NCBI RefSeq assembly: GCF_018350175.1
Contig: NC_058368.1
Coordinates: 76,820,001-76,884,000, forward strand
Length of the DNA: 64,000 nucleotides
Reading direction: 5' to 3'
From: Felis catus
Lineage: Eukaryota
Shown here piece by piece: positions 25,755 to 39,607 of this stretch. Below the pieces are notes generated by a model that was not told the DNA's origin, ran no database searches, and saw only the letters and a list, made by a program, of their open reading frames with translations. Made by a program: the position numbers and the translations under genes. The first letter of the stretch is position 1. Each line of letters opens with the position of its first letter.

Positions 25755-26234
25755 AAGATGCAAATCTTTCGTTGGTATTTCGTTTGATTCCTCTCACACC
25801 TCCTGTGGGTACTACCATCATGCCCATTTTCTGGTGGGGAAACTCAGGACTGCAGAGCTCATGGGAGATGCCCAAGGTTGATCAACAATGAAGGTTTCAT
25901 CTGTCGTGAGGGTCGAGGTCTGTTGAATTCCAGCTGCTTGTGCTAATCTCTGTATCACTTTGGCTGCCCCGTTCCCGCCCGGCACCCATCAACCCAAGAC
26001 AAAGGAACGGCCGGCTCCAACAGCCGGCTGCATCAGAACTCTATTACTCCCTGCCTCACACGCCTGGGCTTCTCCGTGTTTCTGTAGGACAACATCATCA
26101 GTGTCTTAATCAGCCTGGATAACGTAATTCCCCTCCCCCAGGCTTAAAGCACCATTTTCTCAAAATAGATTGAATCATGACTCTGATTATATGAAATCGG
26201 GTGAAAATGGACACACATTAAAGATTGTACTCAA

Positions 26235-26402
26235 GGGGCACCGGGGTGGCTCAGTCGGTTAAGCGTCCAACTCTTGATTTCGGCTCAGGTCATGATCTCA
26301 CGGTTCGTGAATTTGAGCCCCGAGTCGGGGCTGACAACACGGAGCCTGCTTGGGATTCTCAGTCTCTCTCAGTAAATAAATAAATACACTTAAAAAAAAA
26401 AA
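26235..26402 (+). mobile_element. SINEC, older type, short
   Basis: Head, reduced (CT)n, poly(A); TSD AAGA(T/G)TGTACT(C/T)AA. Confidence 0.9.
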
Positions 26403-27026
26403 AAGAGTGTACTTAACTCACTAATAAGGGAACCGGTAGGATGCACAAGATCATACAAAGGACAGACACAGTTTTACATCAGGAACATAACGCACGTGCC
26501 GACTCTGGCAAAGCTAGCCTCTTCCGCAGCCTAAGAGGAAATTGCACTGAGCCCCTACCTCTACCAGACAGAATTTATTTCCACGTCCTCAGACGGGCTT
26601 GCAATGGCATCAGTCGTCTACACCTTACAGAGTTGCACACCAGTCAGAGGCATGGAGAGGCCGGAACGGGCTAAGCTGAATGATGTGCTCTCCTCCAGGA
26701 GTCTGCAGACCCCAGTCATGCTGCTTCTGTAAAGTTTACTGGGAGGGAGCCTCTCCCGTTCATTTACTTGCTGCCCACAGCCACCTTCATGGTTCATCGT
26801 GAAGAGAGCAGAGAGCTCATGGCCAACAAAGCCGTCATGTTACCTGTCCGGCCCTTCACGGAACATGGCTGCCAGCCCCTGGCCGACACCGTGCCTGGTT
26901 TCCTGCTGAAGCGTCTTTCTCCCTCATACTGGCTGAAAGTTCACCGCTTGGGATGTTATAGGAAGCAGGTGACGAGCAGTCTAGGAATGTCTTTCAGACC
27001 AATAACTAATGGCAGGAGATATTTGG

Positions 27027-27440
27027 TGTGTTAGTTGGCGAGCGCTGACATAACAAAATACCAGAGACGGGGCAGCTAAACAACAGATATGTATTTTCTC
27101 ACCGTTCAGGAGGCTAGAAGACTGAGGTGAAGGTGTTGGTGAGAGTTGGCTCCTTTCTGAGGACTGAGAGGGAAGGGTTTGTTCCCGGCCTCTGTCCCTG
27201 ACCTGCAGACGACTCTCTTTTCTCCGCGTCTTCACGTTGTCTTCCCTGCGTGCACGTCTGTGTCCAGATTCCCTCTTCTTATAAGGACCAGTGGTGTTGG
27301 ACGCGGGCTCGTGCTAATGGCTCCACTTGAAACCGGTCACCTCTGTGAGGACCCTGACTCCAAGTATGGTCACATTCTGTGGTCCTGGGGGTTAGGACTC
27401 AACATCCGAATTTGGGCCGGAACACAATTCAGCTGATAGC
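27027..27440 (-). mobile_element. MLT1 (MLT1A/B-like) solo LTR
   Basis: cataacaaaatacca...ggaggctagaag...cttataaggacca...gggggttaggac...acacaattcagc. Confidence 0.8.
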
Positions 27441-27982
27441 GTTTAGTTAGAGGGGAATTTGTGCCCTCAGGAAGTATACCGTGGAGATGGTCAGGTCGTC
27501 TACCAATGTGTGAGAATCACACTCCTGGGGTTGCGTCCGGAAGCCGTCACCAGCCCACTCATTCTGGGACTCAGTGGCTGTTCGTGAAAACCTCCCCTCA
27601 CCCCTCACTCTGTTCTCTGGCTGCAGCTCCAAATGTAGAACGCTAGCATATGAGCGGGAACCTCAGCAATGATACATTCGATGCACACCTTTATATTATT
27701 ATATTTTGACTTAGTGTACAAACCAAGAAGAACAAGATCTTACTTTTGGGTCCGATTCAGTAGCACCTTAATATGAAGCAGATGTTGGCTTAAATAACAG
27801 GCATAACCATGAGGGGCAAAGAAAGTTTGTTCTTTCTTTACTCTGGAAAAGCTTTCTAATGGGTTTCCCCTGTGTTTAAGAGACATCTAACGATACTGTA
27901 TGTATAACGTAACATTAATATTAACGCTTCACGTGTCCAGTAGGGGGTAAAGATTTAAAAAAAAAAAATCAGCAACCCAGAA

Positions 27983-28185
27983 GGGCACCTGGGTGGCTCA
28001 GTCGGTTAAGGGTCTGACTTCGGCTCAGGTCATGATCTCACGGTTTGTGGGTTCGAGCCCCGCGTCAGGCTCTGTGTTGACAGCTCGGAGCCTGGAGCCT
28101 GCTTTGGATTCTGTGTCTCTCTCTCTCTCTCTGCACCCCCCTCTCTCTCTCAAAAATAAATAAACATTAACAAAAATTTTTTTTT
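27983..28185 (+). mobile_element. SINEC_Fc-like SINE
   Basis: TSD AAATCAGCA(A/C)CCCAG. Confidence 0.92.
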
Positions 28186-28279
28186 AAATCAGCACCCCAG
28201 GATCAAGCGTGGCCATAGTGAAATGTATCACAAAGCCAAGACTTCAGATCAGCTACTTAAAGTACAGAAGCACCGTTCA

Positions 28280-28450
28280 AAGATCATTATTGAGCGCCTA
28301 TTATCTTCCAGGACTATTTACGCAGGCTATTTCCACGAAGCTTCACAACAGCTCTTCAAGGTGGGTGTTAATAGACCTCTTTTCATTGATGAAGAAGCAG
28401 AGGTTCCAGGAGGTTAAGTGGCTTTCTCAAGAACCTGTAGTGAGTAAGCA
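28280..28450 (-). mobile_element. MIR fragment
   Basis: gatgaagaagcagaggttccaggaggttaagtggctt. Confidence 0.55.
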
Positions 28451-30018
28451 TCAGGAGTGGATTCCCACCACCACCCGTCGCCAACGCAAATGCACAGTGT
28501 CCGCTATCTCTCGTGAAAGCTGTGACGTGATAGCACTGCGTTTTTGAAGGACCCCCTTTACGCATCAAACCCTGCGCGCTTTGGATGGAACACGAGGACC
28601 ACCGTTTGTAGATTTTGCACAGGGAGCAGGACAGATGTGCTGAGCAACATGGCAGGGAGGTGTGTCCCATTAGATTCCCAACTCAGGGTGGGGATAGCTC
28701 GGGCCGGCCAAGCCTGCTCTTCCTTGCAATGGGATCTTTGCTAACGCGTTTTGATAATGCTCAGGGGAAACCTTTCGTGGCTCAGATCCACGGAACACAA
28801 GCCCCGTGAGCTATCTCCCTGCATGTGGCAATTGGCCAACAAGAAAGGGAAAGAGCCTAACAGGAAACAAGCGGACTCCATCTTCTCTCTTCATGGTCAT
28901 CAACCGTTAGCTGTCGATTGTGTCTTTTTGCTGAAATAATGAAAAGCCTCGTCCAGTTTCTCAGTGCCCGTGAGGCGAAAAAAAAAAAAAAAAAAGAAAG
29001 TATTCGTGGCGTGAAAAAGAAGAAGGAAGAGAAGAGAAGCCAGTCACGTTTGTCCTTACTGCTCCAGAAAACGACAGCCAAAGCCTGTTCTGCATCTGGA
29101 CAGGGAAGGCATAGGTTGAATGTTACAGAGAAGTTTTTATTGCCAAAAAAAATAGTTGTGCATTGACTTGCTATAAGCTGACATTTTATTGGGGAAAACA
29201 AGGAAAATGGGCAGTGTCTTCAGGAGGCACGAGTTAAATAAACCAGATGTGTCCTGAGCAAAGCCCTCTAACCTCTAGAACCTGTTCATCAGATGAGACC
29301 GTTGAAATTTGGGGTCTACTAACCAGGAAGCCTGCAGCGGGTGCAGTTCATGCCAGTGGGATGGGATGTAGGGGACCAGCCAGGAGAATGTAAGCTCGGG
29401 GGGGACCCGAGACATGTGGCCTGGAGGGCTGGGAGGAAGAAACAGAGGTGCCCAAAACCCACTCAAAAAACAGCTGCACCCTTTTCTTAAGGGCTCAGGC
29501 ATTCGTCAGCCCCTCTGTGCAACGCCCCTGATCTGTTGGCTGAATCTCTATTTCTTAGCCCTCCGTAATATGTGCGGACAAGTGAGGGTCAGATGGGTAT
29601 CGTGGAGGCTGAGAGAGCGGGTGTCCATCCATAAATGGAGACTTTCTGAGCCCCATCCAAGACCAGGTGGGAAACCATACGTGCTGCCTGACGTAGGGAG
29701 TCCCAGCCCCGAGTTCTAGTCCCGGCTCTAAGCGTTCTAAATACTTGTCCCAGAAAAACAATGTACTAGAGGCATGTCTCCTCATACCCGTTGCTCCCTC
29801 TTATCTGATACATGGAATTATGTTTGAGCGTTTACCTCCTTTAACTGAAGAGACTGAGCCCGTAAGAGAGAAGACGTCAAGCTGTTATCAGCCATGTACT
29901 TGTCAGCAATCTTGCGTGCGTGTTGGGAAAAAGGGATTCTTGGGTCACTGTCCAGTCCTCATGAGATCTGGACCTCTGGCTTTGGGTACAGGAAGTGTTA
30001 TTTTAAAATGGAGAATCA

Positions 30019-30141
30019 GGTGCTTGGGTGGCTCAGTTGGTTAAGCATCTGACTCTTGAGTTCAGTCACATGGTGATCTCACAGTTCACGAGTTTGAGCC
30101 CCGTATCGAGCTCTGTGCTGACAGTGTGTAGTCTGCTTGGG

Positions 30142-30188
<47 letters not shown>

Positions 30189-30201
30189 AAATAAATAAAC
30201 A
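30019..30201 (+). mobile_element. SINEC, older type, with long (CT)n
   Basis: 16-bp TSD TTAAAATGGAGAATCA (30003-30018 / 30202-30217). Confidence 0.92.
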
Positions 30202-30950
30202 TTAAAATGGAGAATCAACATTTATGGAACGGCTTTAGTAGGCAGTCGTAATTCTTAGAACCCTTCTTTACCTTCCCCCCAATTTTGTTTTTCTTAAGAA
30301 AACATTTATTTTCCTAAAAAGAATACGTTCCTTTGGAAAACTAAGATTAAAGTCCCAGGCTGTGGTTGCTACACCGATACAAGCTTTTTATCTTTGCTGC
30401 TTTTCCGTTTCTCCTTCCAAGCTTCCAGCACATTTTAGGCAAAATGAGGAGTCATTCGAGGGAGTCGGTCCCTCAGTACCCAAAGCCCATCCCTGGCGAT
30501 TTTTCCATAGAACAATTAACGCCGCCTCTGGCTGTTTCCACGTGCACATAGTAAAAACAAAGACAGGTCACAGAGCACACGAAATTCACGAGGGAATTAC
30601 TGCCCAAATCTTACTAGTTGAAAGTTATATTAGATCCTGGATACTCAGTACAGTTTGCAAGAGAACTGCTAGCAAGTAGCTTATACCACGGTCTCTTCTC
30701 TATTGGAAGCAAAATGTAAGTCTGCATCGTGATCTCAGCTCAAGACCATGAGTCTGAATGCACACACACCTGGGCCCCGAATTAGTTTCGAATATGCTAA
30801 TGAGCACTGATGTATATATATACACCATCTCTCCTCCCCTCCCCCCCTCTCTATCTCTATCTCTCTTTCTGACATTTTTAATTCCTAAAGCCTGGCACCA
30901 AAGCAATATAGTGGGTTAACAATTGCTACTTAAAGAGATGGTATTTTCTC

Positions 30951-31132
30951 AAAAAAATTTTTTTTAATATTTATTTATTCTCGAGAGAGAGCAGGGGAGG
31001 GGCAAAGAGGGAGGAAGACTAAGAATCTGAAGCAGTCTCCAGACTCTACACCATCAGCACAGAGCCCGACGTGGGGCTCGAACTCATGAACCTCGAGATC
31101 GTGACCTGAGCCGAGGTTGGACGCTCAACCGG
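30951..31132 (-). mobile_element. 5'-truncated SINEC
   Basis: Reverse element lacking about the first 20 nt; TSD AAGAGA(T/C)GGTA. Confidence 0.88.
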
Positions 31133-31818
31133 AAGAGACGGTACTAACCTTTTCCATCGCATTTGCCTCTTGTAGGTTTTAAAGGACATCACAGAGGAAA
31201 AAACGCAAACAAACTGGAGAAGAGAGGTCGTGGAGTGGAGCGGTTATATGTTTAAACCAGAAAAAAATTAAAAAAGGGGGAGAGAGAAAATTGGAAGGTA
31301 GTCCAGGTGTACCTATCAAAACTCCAGATGTGCAATCTCTTTTATACAGCAACTCCACCACTAAAAATGTTCCTTTCTGGGGAAAATACCGTAAGATGTT
31401 AAGCACATATAAAGTAGGGTCGTAGGCACGTGCTGGGGCAACAGACGAGCCTGCAAATCTCCTGTCATAATGTGTGAATTTCAGTTCTCTCGCTAGAGCC
31501 CAGAAAGTAGCACAGATCAGTGGGGGCCTCTGCTCCCCTCAGTCATTCTGGACCCAGGCTGACCGAGCTCCCACTGTGTTTGAGCTCTGTCCTCTGGAAT
31601 TGAACCACAAGTGAGGCTGGGGAAAATAGGAGAGCGCGTAAATTATCTGATGAGCTCCACTGTAAATACTTAAGATGTATTGCGTGTAGGAGCCTAAAAA
31701 CCAAACTTGGCTAGCGGGTGATGATTTAAATGAACTGTGGTATATTATACTTTTTTTTTTTTAAAGTAAATTCGAATGTGCCAATGAGGAAAGATCTCCA
31801 AGATGTATTATTTATTTT

Positions 31819-32047
31819 TATTAAAAAATTTTTTTAATGCTTTTTATTTTTGAGAGAAAGAGAAAGAGAAAGAGAGAGAGAGAGAGAGAGTGAGCAGGGA
31901 GGGAAAAAGAGAGAAGGAGTCACAGAATCCAAAGCAGGCTCCAGGCTCTGAGCTGTCAGCACAGAGCCCGACTCGAACACACGGACCGCGGGACCATGAC
32001 CTGAGATGAAGTTGGACGCTTAACCGACTGAGCCACCCAGGCGCCCC
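31819..32047 (-). mobile_element. SINEC_Fc-like SINE
   Basis: Ends gagccacccaggcgcccc; 19-bp TSD AAGATGTATTATTTATTTT. Confidence 0.94.
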
Positions 32048-35000
32048 AAAGATGTATTATTTATTTTAAAAGCATGATGGAGACTAATGTGTAATCTCTA
32101 TAATTTTTTAAAAACATGCATTTATATGCAAGTACGTGCAAACAATGGTTTTCTGAACAGATAGACAAGATTCTGTTTATGACGGTCACTTTGAGGAGTG
32201 GAGAAGGGGCTGGGAAAGGAAATAACCTTTTTCAATTTTTACTTTATTATTTTTTTCTAGGACACATACTTTTTACCAGATGCAAGTACAGTACCGTTTT
32301 CATCCAAAATAAAAAAAAGCTAAAAAAGATACAGGTAACAGACTAGCTGATTATATGATGAAATTCTTGTTAATTGCCCCAAGATCGATAACGGCATTCT
32401 GGTTCCTTGAGGCGGATTCCTTTATCTCAGATGCTAAGATGCGGGAAGGAGGTGTCATGGGGTCTGTGACTCCCTTCAAATGCCTCAGCTAAAGAACCCC
32501 GCGTGTCAGGGAGTGTGTGCGTGTGTCTGTGTGTCCACAGAGCATGCCCGCATGTGCAAAACGTTGACCGTCGAATCTCCATGGTAGATAAACGGGAGTT
32601 GGCTGTTCCGGTCTGTCAACTTTTCCGTGTAGCTTTTCCCAAGTAAAAAGCGAAGGAAAATAAAATGAAAGAAAGCGATAAAAAACATCCCGCCTAAGAA
32701 CAGAGAGCTTCACAGATCTCCCGTCTTCCTACCTTAGGGCTGATGTAGATGAAGTCCAGAGGTACTCACATTAAAATGTCAGAAATCAGACATCAAAAAT
32801 CTGAAGTCAAGACACATGACAGAGAACAGCGGTGACAATGGTCTGTCAGAGAACAAGTTCTTGAAAAGGATTTCTGTTCGGGCCTATAAAAAGCCGGGCG
32901 ACCTTATTAAGCATAACCAGACTCTTTAAACTGCTTAATGACTGTCGTAATCACGGTACCTGCCTGGCTGGCTTAAAAAATTCCGCTGCCACATTTGAAA
33001 CACTTTTCCAAACTCTGTTCTCCAAGTTAGCGTAAGTGAGGCTCTTAAAAACAATGCACAGGGGGACGCAAAGCCATCTGACTTTAATCCATTCTCTTGC
33101 GAGCCTGTGAGGTGGTGGTGACTCAGGGAGAAAGTATGTCCCTACAGGTCATTCTTCAGGAGGTGAGGTACGCTGCCATTTCGGTGGACGGCCGCCTCTC
33201 CCTGTGTCGTTAATGGTCACCGCACACAGAGGTTTATGAGTCCTGCTCCCTGCGTTATACACAGCCTCCGATCCGTTTCCCACGCTCTGGCAACTGTCTG
33301 TAACCAGACCCCAGTCCCCACGGGCTGTGGGGGGGGGGGGGGGGTCACGGCGCTGGAGAGAAAGGGCCCATCGAGGTGTATTTTCCATTGTGGGACAAGG
33401 TAGGTCATAGCTTCTTTGGAAACGGGGAAGGGTGCCTCGGCCACGTCCAGGAGATGCCTTTAACAGACCCGTGTCTGTCTGCGACATACACGGCGAACCT
33501 CGGACACACACGCTCTCGGCGAATGGCGTGTTCTAGTCTTTTCCTGACCCTTAGGCCACAGTGTGGAGGAATGCCTTGGGTGCGGTGAAGGCGAGACTAG
33601 CACTGTCCTTATTTTTCTCGGAAATATTGAAGGGAGCCGGTGGGAGCTTATCTGTCCTTTTCCCTTCACAAGCGGGACCCTTGAAAGGCAGAGACCCGGG
33701 TTCCTGCAGGAGCAGCCCCGCGTCTGCGCGTCTGAACCGCGTATGTTCCGTGTACCTTCTAGGTCACTCTGGCAAACATCCCAGATGCTCAGACTTCATA
33801 TTTTCCCCCTGCTGGTTCCATGCTCCGTGCTAACTACCGTTAGCAGACATAAAGCTCCCTGCGATTCTTTCCTCAGAACGAGCTAGAGGAAAACTACCAA
33901 TTATAGCCAAGAAGCAGTCCTTCAAACACACGTACACATTGCAGTGTGGGCTGGAAACCAATTGGAAATGTTTTGATTTGCCCTTTAAGGCCAGAGGCAG
34001 GCACTTAAGGCAAACTCCTGAGATGTTTGGAGGAACAGTTATACTAAATTTAGCATCCTAACCAGCCAGTTGGCATAGATGTAATGAAAGATTTAAAAGG
34101 AAAGAAATTTAACCCGCGGGAACATAAAGAAATTTAAGCCGCGGGTGATGAAAAGAAGTCTACTAACAGACTAATACTTTTTTTTTTTTTTTAAGAAGAT
34201 GCTCCAGGAATACAACCTCCAGGGGTTGTAACTGTCACTCCTTCCCTTCGGATGGCGTGTGAGATTCCTAATTGTGATTCACGGAAGATTTGGGTTGCCG
34301 ACTGGGCTCTGAGCTCCCCATTGGGAGGGATTTTCTCTTTCATGTTGCCCCTCCTTACGTGAAGTGCTACGTAGATGCGCGTGGGATAAGCAAACAAATT
34401 GTGTGTGCGTGTCTGTTCACTGGACAGAAGCTTCTAGAGTAGATGAGCGTGAGTCTGCTTGCCCATGTGGGCTCCCAGGTAGTGTCTTGGGCCAGTCTGA
34501 TGAAAGGTTGGTCCCACTGAAGCTGGTGGCCCCCGGTGCTGTTTCTGTCCCTCCGTCATCATTCTCTCCCAACCTGTGGGTGTTCGTTGCTGATGAGCTC
34601 CAGGGACACTGTTTCTTGACCTGTTGTGTTTTATAAGCTGCACTCCCAAACCAGGCACGTATAATTGAGCTGAAGCATGGGCAGTCCCCCAACGGCATCC
34701 AGAGGAACCCACATCCCGAGGGTCGGCCTCGGTGGAGGAGAGGCTGTGCCTTGGGTTCCCGCAGGGAGCCAGGAGTTCCAGACAGAGGCGTCCCAGCGGA
34801 CACGGCTTCGGGGTCCCATGGCACTTCAGCCAAAGGATATAACGCAATCCAAACTGCATTAAAACTACACACGGAAGACACAGAAATCGGGAGTTACGTT
34901 TACAGAAACATGTCGCATCTTCCTTAGCGGCTTGAGTAACACACGGACTCACCAGATGGGGAAGAACCGGGAGACCAGATACTTACCCAAGTGGAGGGCA

Positions 35001-35212
35001 TGGGAAGCCACGACCAGCTCCTTCTGTAGCGTTTTGTTGGCTTTTGTTTCATTTTAGTTTTCTCCCCTTGGTGGATCTTAGAGCCAGACGTTAATTTCCA
35101 CCACTCTCTGGGGTCTCCCTTTCAGGTTGCATTATTGACGCCCTTGTATACAAATAAATGATATACCTGAAGGGCAGTCTTGTTGGGTTTGCTTAAGATT
35201 TCAGTTGATTTT

Positions 35213-35432
35213 GGGGCACCTGGGTGGCTCAGTCGGTTGAGCATCCGACTTCGGCTCAGGTCATGATCTTGCGGTCCGTGAGTTCTAGCCCCACGTCGGG
35301 CTCTGTGCTGACAGCTCAGAGCCTGGAGCCTGCTTCATATTCTGTGTCTCCCTCTCTCTGACCCTCCCCTGTTCATGCTCTGTCTCTCCCTGTCTCAAAA
35401 ATAAATAAACGTTAAAAAAAAATTTTTTTAAA
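35213..35432 (+). mobile_element. SINEC_Fc
   Basis: Perfect 18-bp TSD AAGATTTCAGTTGATTTT (35195-35212 / 35433-35450). Confidence 0.95.
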
Positions 35433-35844
35433 AAGATTTCAGTTGATTTTAAGCGATTGTCTTTGATGACATTTATCCCCCCCCTACTGTCCTTGGACTT
35501 TTTAAGATAGAGTCCCCATGGCTCTGAAAACAAAGCACACACATAGAAAACTCTCGTCATGTATGAAGTACCAATGGTGCTTGGGAAAGAATGGCTCTAT
35601 TATCAACTAAAAGATGTTTCTTCAGTCATACAATTCTTTGCCCTAGATAACAGAAGCGGAGGTATAAACAATAGAGGAGGTATACCTAACAGGGATGTGC
35701 TCCAGATGCCAGCATGGAAAGAATCAAATAGTAAGCGAGTCTGAAGTCTACGAGGAAATGGAGCAAAGCTGGTGGAAGAGACTGCCACCAACACTGCTGC
35801 TTGGCCCAAGGTGGGTCCCCACGAAGTATGCACGTATGTACTTG

Positions 35845-36032
35845 AAAGTTTATTTGAGAGAGTGTGCGCACATGCGTGTGAGCGGGGGAGGGGCAGAGAG
35901 AGAGAGGATCCCAAGCAGGCTCCACACTCAGCGCAGAGCCCGATGTGGGTCTCCGTCCCGTGAAGCGTGAGATCGAGACCGGAGTGGAAATCAAGAGTGG
36001 ACGCTCAACTGACTGAGCCGCCCAGGCGCCCC
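35845..36032 (-). mobile_element. SINEC, older type
   Basis: aaagtttatttgagag...gaaatcaagagt...gagccgcccaggcgcccc. Confidence 0.9.
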
Positions 36033-36983
36033 TCCCAGGAAGTATTTAAATAGAAGCTGGGGGGGGGGGGCTGCTTGCAGTGACCTGAAAACGTGTGTAA
36101 ATGAAGAAAAAAAGATCTAGTTAACAATTATGAATAAAAGGCGGCAAACCCAGGAGCTTAGCGACCAGCGTGCCTCCACTGCCAGTTAGTGTCTCTATTT
36201 GAATTTTCCTTCCTCGCCAGGAAGGGGCAGGGGACAGCAGGGCCCTGAGCCCCGTGTGGGATCTTGTTGGAGGGGGTGGGAGGATGGTCAAGGGCAGCCC
36301 AAAGTGGGCGGGGTGCGACTGTGAACCCCCGTAGTTCTTCAGAGCTTTGCCCCAGGGATGCCGGGAGAAGGAGCAGTTTACATCAAGGCACTTTTGTTCA
36401 GCTGAAAGGCGGGCGGCTTCACCGCAAATCGTGCAGAAGTTACAAGCGACCTTCAGTGCGTGGGAGTCCCACCCTCTCCCTTTGCAGGTGAGGCGGCTGC
36501 GCACAGAACGTGTTGGGACGCTCTGGAAGACCGAGGAAGCATCAGTGGCAGAAACACAGCCGCAAGCGAGGTCTCCCCTTTCCCGCATTTAACGCATGTA
36601 TCGACCATCTATGATGATTGCTCATAAACTGTGTTGGTATTATTATTTCCCTCATACTGTGTACGTCTATAGATGGGCATTCTTCTCATGAGGGTGTTGG
36701 TTGTTTTTTAAAATGTAATTAACGTCACGTCAAGAATTGTTTTGAAGAGATTTTGTTAATGTATCACAGCATAAAAATCTTAGAGTGGCACGCATCCTTC
36801 GCTTCTGGGGTGCGGTTTAATCACTCAAAACTTGATTCCTCCTCCTGGTATGCTATGTTTTATTACAAATAAATACAGTATTTCAATATCCTCCACATCA
36901 CTGATGAATACTTCTCTACCTAGAAAAATAATCAGTAGGATAGGCAAGACTCTGCCATTACAATGCTGAAAATTTGCCTTCAA

Positions 36984-37172
36984 GGGGCACCTAGGTGGCT
37001 CAGTCGGTTAAGCATCCAAATTCAGTTCAGGTCATGACCTCGCGGTCTGTGAGTTCGAGCCCCGCGTCGGGCTCTGTGCTGACAGCTCAGAGCCTGGAGG
37101 CTGCTTCAGATTCTGTGTCTCCCTCTTTCTCTGCCCCTCCCCTACTCACCCTCCGTCTCTCAAACGTAAAAA
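36984..37172 (+). mobile_element. SINEC_Fc-like SINE
   Basis: Full head; flanks share GCCTTCAA. Confidence 0.92.
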
Positions 37173-39157
37173 AAATCGCCTTCAAGTATATCTATAGCAT
37201 AAATACCACAAACATTATCCAAAACCAACTGGAAACCAAAACCAGTGGAATACACAGGTTAATGTCCTTTGCACAACAGCAGCAATTATGTTTCCTTTTG
37301 AGGCAACTGACACCGTATTTGCTTCCCAAGGAAAGAGTAGGGTGATCATCCTTTTATTACACACTTTAGAGAAATGACTTTTACTTCTCTGGGTTGTTTT
37401 TTGACTTTCACTGATTCTTCTCTGGGTTAGGATCAGAGACTGACAGCAAGGTGCACAGCAGTTACCTGGTGACTGATAGTTTGATTTTTTTCTGATTTCC
37501 ACCGGGCACCTTTATCACAGTGTTCGAAGGGGCAACTGTTGTGCCAAAAAGGAACCTGACAATTGAAGAGTGGGATGGAAAAGTGGCGGGTGTGGAGAGC
37601 ACAGGGACTTTACAGCAGCCCGCTTACCTTTCAGACAGAACTAAGAGCACCTGATTGTGACAACCTCCGGGAGAAGTTTCTGTAAGTGTCCTTCCCGCCA
37701 GTTAGAAAGAATACAAGTGGGTGCATTTCACTTCTTAGTGGAGTTCGGCTTGCCCAATTTGGGAAACACAGTTTCGAAGAGAGGGTGGAAACAATGAGGT
37801 GGGGTGTTTGGTAATTTAAGCTGTAATCTCGCAAAGGCCACGATGTAAGTTGCAAACGCAGTATTTACTTGGCTGTTGTTCTTTCATTTTACCCAGACCG
37901 CTCATTAGTGATACTGGCATGTAGGGTGGAACTTTCTGCTTAGTCACTTGGCTGTAAGTTGTGCCCTGGAACTTGGATTTGCCGTGAAGGGGCAGGTAGG
38001 CGCCGCGGAGGAAAATGACGGAGCGGATGGAACTATTATTCCAGCGCCACCTGAAATCGTGGGCTCCTGGAGAAGCCCGGGGCGGGGAGGAGGGGGAAGG
38101 AAAGCATTTATGCCACAAACATTTCTTTAGTACAGGTACGCTAGGAAGATGCTGCTGAGATCACTGCCTCTAAAACCAGCCTTTCGTGAGGCGTTCTTGG
38201 GGGGAGGGTGGGGCTTTTCAAACACTGGAATTCTTCACTTGGCTGGGGCTGTGATCTGTGGCTAGACAGTCTGGAGCATCGGGCTCCTCTGTGCTGGGGC
38301 CTTCCCCATCCGGACGCACCCCCCCCTCAAGGTAAGGAAGGGCCCGAGGTAACGCAGCCAGAGATCTGAGCACTTTCTGGTCACCGGTAGCTGCTTCTGC
38401 CCTGTCTGCCGCTCTGCCCTCCACACCTGCGGGTGAGGAAGGTCTCCCCGGAGGGTGGGGAGTCTGCAGATCAGTCTTAAGACCCCAAGCCCACCAGCGC
38501 AGGGGAAGACATCCCCAACCCCCGGCCATCTTCCCCAGGAAGGCCAGCATTGAAAACGCGGTTAAAGTCACCACTGGCCTCTGGCTTGCTTCAATCTGGT
38601 GTCACAAAGCATGATTTCATCAGCGCTAACGTCGTACAAAGAACATTGGACTCCTTCCTTCCTTCCGGGATTCTGCTGTGAGGAAAAATGAAGGCTTCGA
38701 CAGCAAACTGCTTTGCTCGAGTGGAAACTAGATTTGGACTTAGGCGTTGAGATAACTAAAGTCCATTTGCCTGCCTCCCTTTCCTCTGGTCACTTACTTA
38801 GGTCACTACTCGACACTGGGGGATCCAGGGAGACTAGGGAGGTTTTCTGTTCAGGGTGGTTAGGACTTTACAAAACTTTATGATCAGATGATTTGTGAAA
38901 TGTGAGCTCGAGTTTTATGGGGAAACCAATGGGCTCCCTCGTAGCCCTCTGCAAGGTTCACGTTATGCGAGTGTCCTGATTGGGAAAAAATGGGCACACA
39001 GGTGCCCACGGGCAGAAGGCTCTGGATAACTGTTAATTATAGAGAAACAGAGCAGAAAGCAAATTAAAATAAGTGAAAAAAAAGAAAGAAAAAAAGAAAA
39101 GAAAAAGGAAGGAAAGGAAAATACTTTGAAGGCGCTTTTTCCATAGGAAAAAAATAT

Positions 39158-39163
39158 TTTATT
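39158..39163 (-). terminator. Distal polyadenylation signal AATAAA of EFNB2
   Basis: tttatt on + strand; followed on the minus strand by TATTTTTTTCCTATGG and a long U/C-rich tract (39075-39120). Confidence 0.75.
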
Positions 39164-39607
39164 TTTTTAAGAACAAATTCAGTTTGAAACAGACGTGGAA
39201 TGGGACCTCACGGATTCCGTTTCTGGGGGCTGACTGCAATGTGGAAGGAGGCTGGAAACCTAGGACAGGCCATTAAAATAAAATGAAGAAAGAACAAAAA
39301 TATTTATAACTCAAGCATAATACTGTGTTACTTACAAATTGGACAACGAAATCTTAAATAAATATCCATGGTACATAATTACGGCACAAATATGCAGCAA
39401 TTTGGCAACCTTTTATACCGTTTTTCTTTTCCTCATTACAGTGCAAAGGGGGGAAAGACACTGCCGTTTAACAAGCTGTAGCTAAATACATTGCAAAATT
39501 CAGATTTTATACAAAACATCTTGCTTAGACTTTATAAAAAACCAACATTGCTCTATGTACACAATCTGGGTAAGAAAAGCCATTTCTGTCTTGTTTTCAT
39601 GTGTATT

